NCBI GenBank assembly: GCA_963813715.1
Contig: CAWFAK010000005.1
Location: 1,216,001-1,280,000, forward strand
Direction of reading: 5' to 3'
Origin: an uncultured Planctomycetaceae bacterium
GTDB lineage: Bacteria; Planctomycetota; Planctomycetia; Planctomycetales; Planctomycetaceae
DNA: 64,000 bases
The translations under genes and the position numbers were made by a program. Below are positions 62,610-64,000 of the stretch, piece after piece; the stretch's first letter is position 1, and every line of letters begins with the position of its first letter. Below the pieces are notes generated by a model that was not told the DNA's origin, searched no databases, and worked only from the letters and a program-made list of their open reading frames with translations.

Positions 62610-62755
62610 TAATTGGGTCCTCGGTACCGTTTCGTGAGATGCCGCCTTCAATAGGTGGACCTGGCTCCTTCTCGCCTGACCGCAGACGCTGTAGATTCGT
62701 AGAAACGCTGTCCCTTCGTAGAAGTTGAGAACCTCGCGGGCCGCGGAGAGCGGGT

Positions 62756-64000
62756 ATGGCCGAGCTCGAATTTCCGGCCGACGCCGGCAGCCGGCCAGCG
62801 GGCCGGCACAGGCTTGGGCCGCGCCCCTGGTTGATCGCGCTTTCTTGCGCAGCGGCCGCAGTCGCCGCATACACCGCATGGGGCAAGCATCGCGCCCGCC
62901 GGCTTTCGGACTTGAACGAGGAACTCGGGCAATCCTCCGGTTACGAGTTTCACGCCTCGGACACGGGCGTGACGTGTCGCGGGATTGCGATTAGTGACGA
63001 ACTTGCCCAGAGCATTGCCTCCGTGCCGACGATCTCTTCGCTCGATTTCACCGCGTGCCGCATTTCCAAGGATGCGCTGGAATCAATCACCTCCCTCCCC
63101 AACCTCAGCTATCTCAATCTGGTTGATTGCCGGTTCACTGGACCCGGAAAAGTCCGCTTCGGCAGCTCGCAATCCTTGGCGCGCGTCACGCTGAAAACAA
63201 CGAAACTCTCGGAGTCGAATCTCGCCGAATTCTTGTCGGAGCAATCGCATCTGGAAACGCTGAAGCTCGAGGATACGGGGATCACCGACGGCGACCTCAA
63301 GGGCTGGACGGCGTCTACGGAACTGAGCAACGCCTTCTTCCGGGAATCCGGCCTCACTGCATCCGGGCTGGCGGGATTGATGCGTTGTCAGTCGCTCACG
63401 ACGCTCTCGGTTACCGGCTCAGGCATTGACGACGATGGACTGGCGGTCATCGCGCGGCTGGGCTCGCTCTCGAGCCTTGATCTTTCCAATTGTGGCGCGC
63501 TCGATGGGAGCGGCCTTGCGCATCTCGCGCCGCTGGCTAACCTCGCGAGTCTCGACCTCAGCAGCACCCTGGTGACCGATCGTGGTCTGCAAAATCTGGT
63601 CAACGGATTCCCGGCGTTGTCTCGTGTGCGACTGCGAAATTGCGACAGGATCACGGATGCCGCCATGGAATCGCTGGCCCGGTTACCGCGGCTCACGTTG
63701 CTGGATTTGACTCACACGAACGTGACCGGGCGGGGATTGAAGTTTTTGAGCGGTCACGGCTCGCTGCGCGTGCTGGAGCTCAGCATAACGAAATTGGACG
63801 ATCCGGGCCTATCGGCCCTGGGGGCGCTGCCCGCGCTCACCTCGCTCGACCTTTCGAACACTCGAATCGCCGGGGGGTCGCTCGCCCGTTTGCAGAACTG
63901 TCCGCGATTGGAGATCCTTTCGATCGCCGGGTGCGCCGTTTCGCAACGCGCGGTCCAGAGCCTTCGCTCGGCCGCTCCCGCGCTCCGCTCCCTCGACTGC
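62756..64000 (+). CDS. Leucine-rich repeat protein with N-terminal TM, open at the window end
   Basis: Manual translation MAELEFPADAG...WLIALSCAAAAVAAY...LETLKLEDTGITD...LASLDLSSTLVTDRGL; no stop seen before 64000. Confidence 0.88.
   Translation, partial: MAELEFPADAGSRPAGRHRLGPRPWLIALSCAAAAVAAYTAWGKHRARRLSDLNEELGQSSGYEFHASDTGVTCRGIAISDELAQSIASVPTISSLDFTACRISKDALESITSLPNLSYLNLVDCRFTGPGKVRFGSSQSLARVTLKTTKLSESNLAEFLSEQSHLETLKLEDTGITDGDLKGWTASTELSNAFFRESGLTASGLAGLMRCQSLTTLSVTGSGIDDDGLAVIARLGSLSSLDLSNCGALDGSGLAHLAPLANLASLDLSSTLVTDRGLQNLVNGFPALSRVRLRNCDRITDAAMESLARLPRLTLLDLTHTNVTGRGLKFLSGHGSLRVLELSITKLDDPGLSALGALPALTSLDLSNTRIAGGSLARLQNCPRLEILSIAGCAVSQRAVQSLRSAAPALRSLDC

Overview
High-GC bacterial DNA. 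Gene content points to Planctomycetota (inference): Ser/Thr kinase-WD40 proteins, PQQ/TolB propellers, an LRR protein and an mraZ outside a dcw cluster. There are about 47 coding regions. No rRNA, tRNA, CRISPR array, integrase or transposase was recognised. Housekeeping genes include fumC, coaE-rho-ribH-nusB, rnd, tadA, a UvrD-like helicase, mraZ, mreB-mreC-mreD-pbp2 and mnmA. An envelope block (9.9-24 kb) holds a MacAB-type ABC exporter, an ArnT-like transferase, a YdjC/ChbG deacetylase, TolC and an RND pump. About 24 apparent frameshifts, some in rho, pbp2 and mnmA, are best read as sequencing indels, and over half lie at GCGC. Main leads: (1) a GxxExxY nuclease-fold gene enclosed by paired palindromic repeats, like a REP/REPIN-type element; (2) three uncharacterised membrane or coiled-coil genes heading the mreBCD-pbp2 run behind a consensus promoter; (3) a ~160-nt multi-stem RNA-like structure before rnd; (4) a GNAT-PLP enzyme fusion; (5) a histidine kinase with a degenerate ethylene-receptor-like sensor. 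All calls come from reading the sequence; no searches were run.
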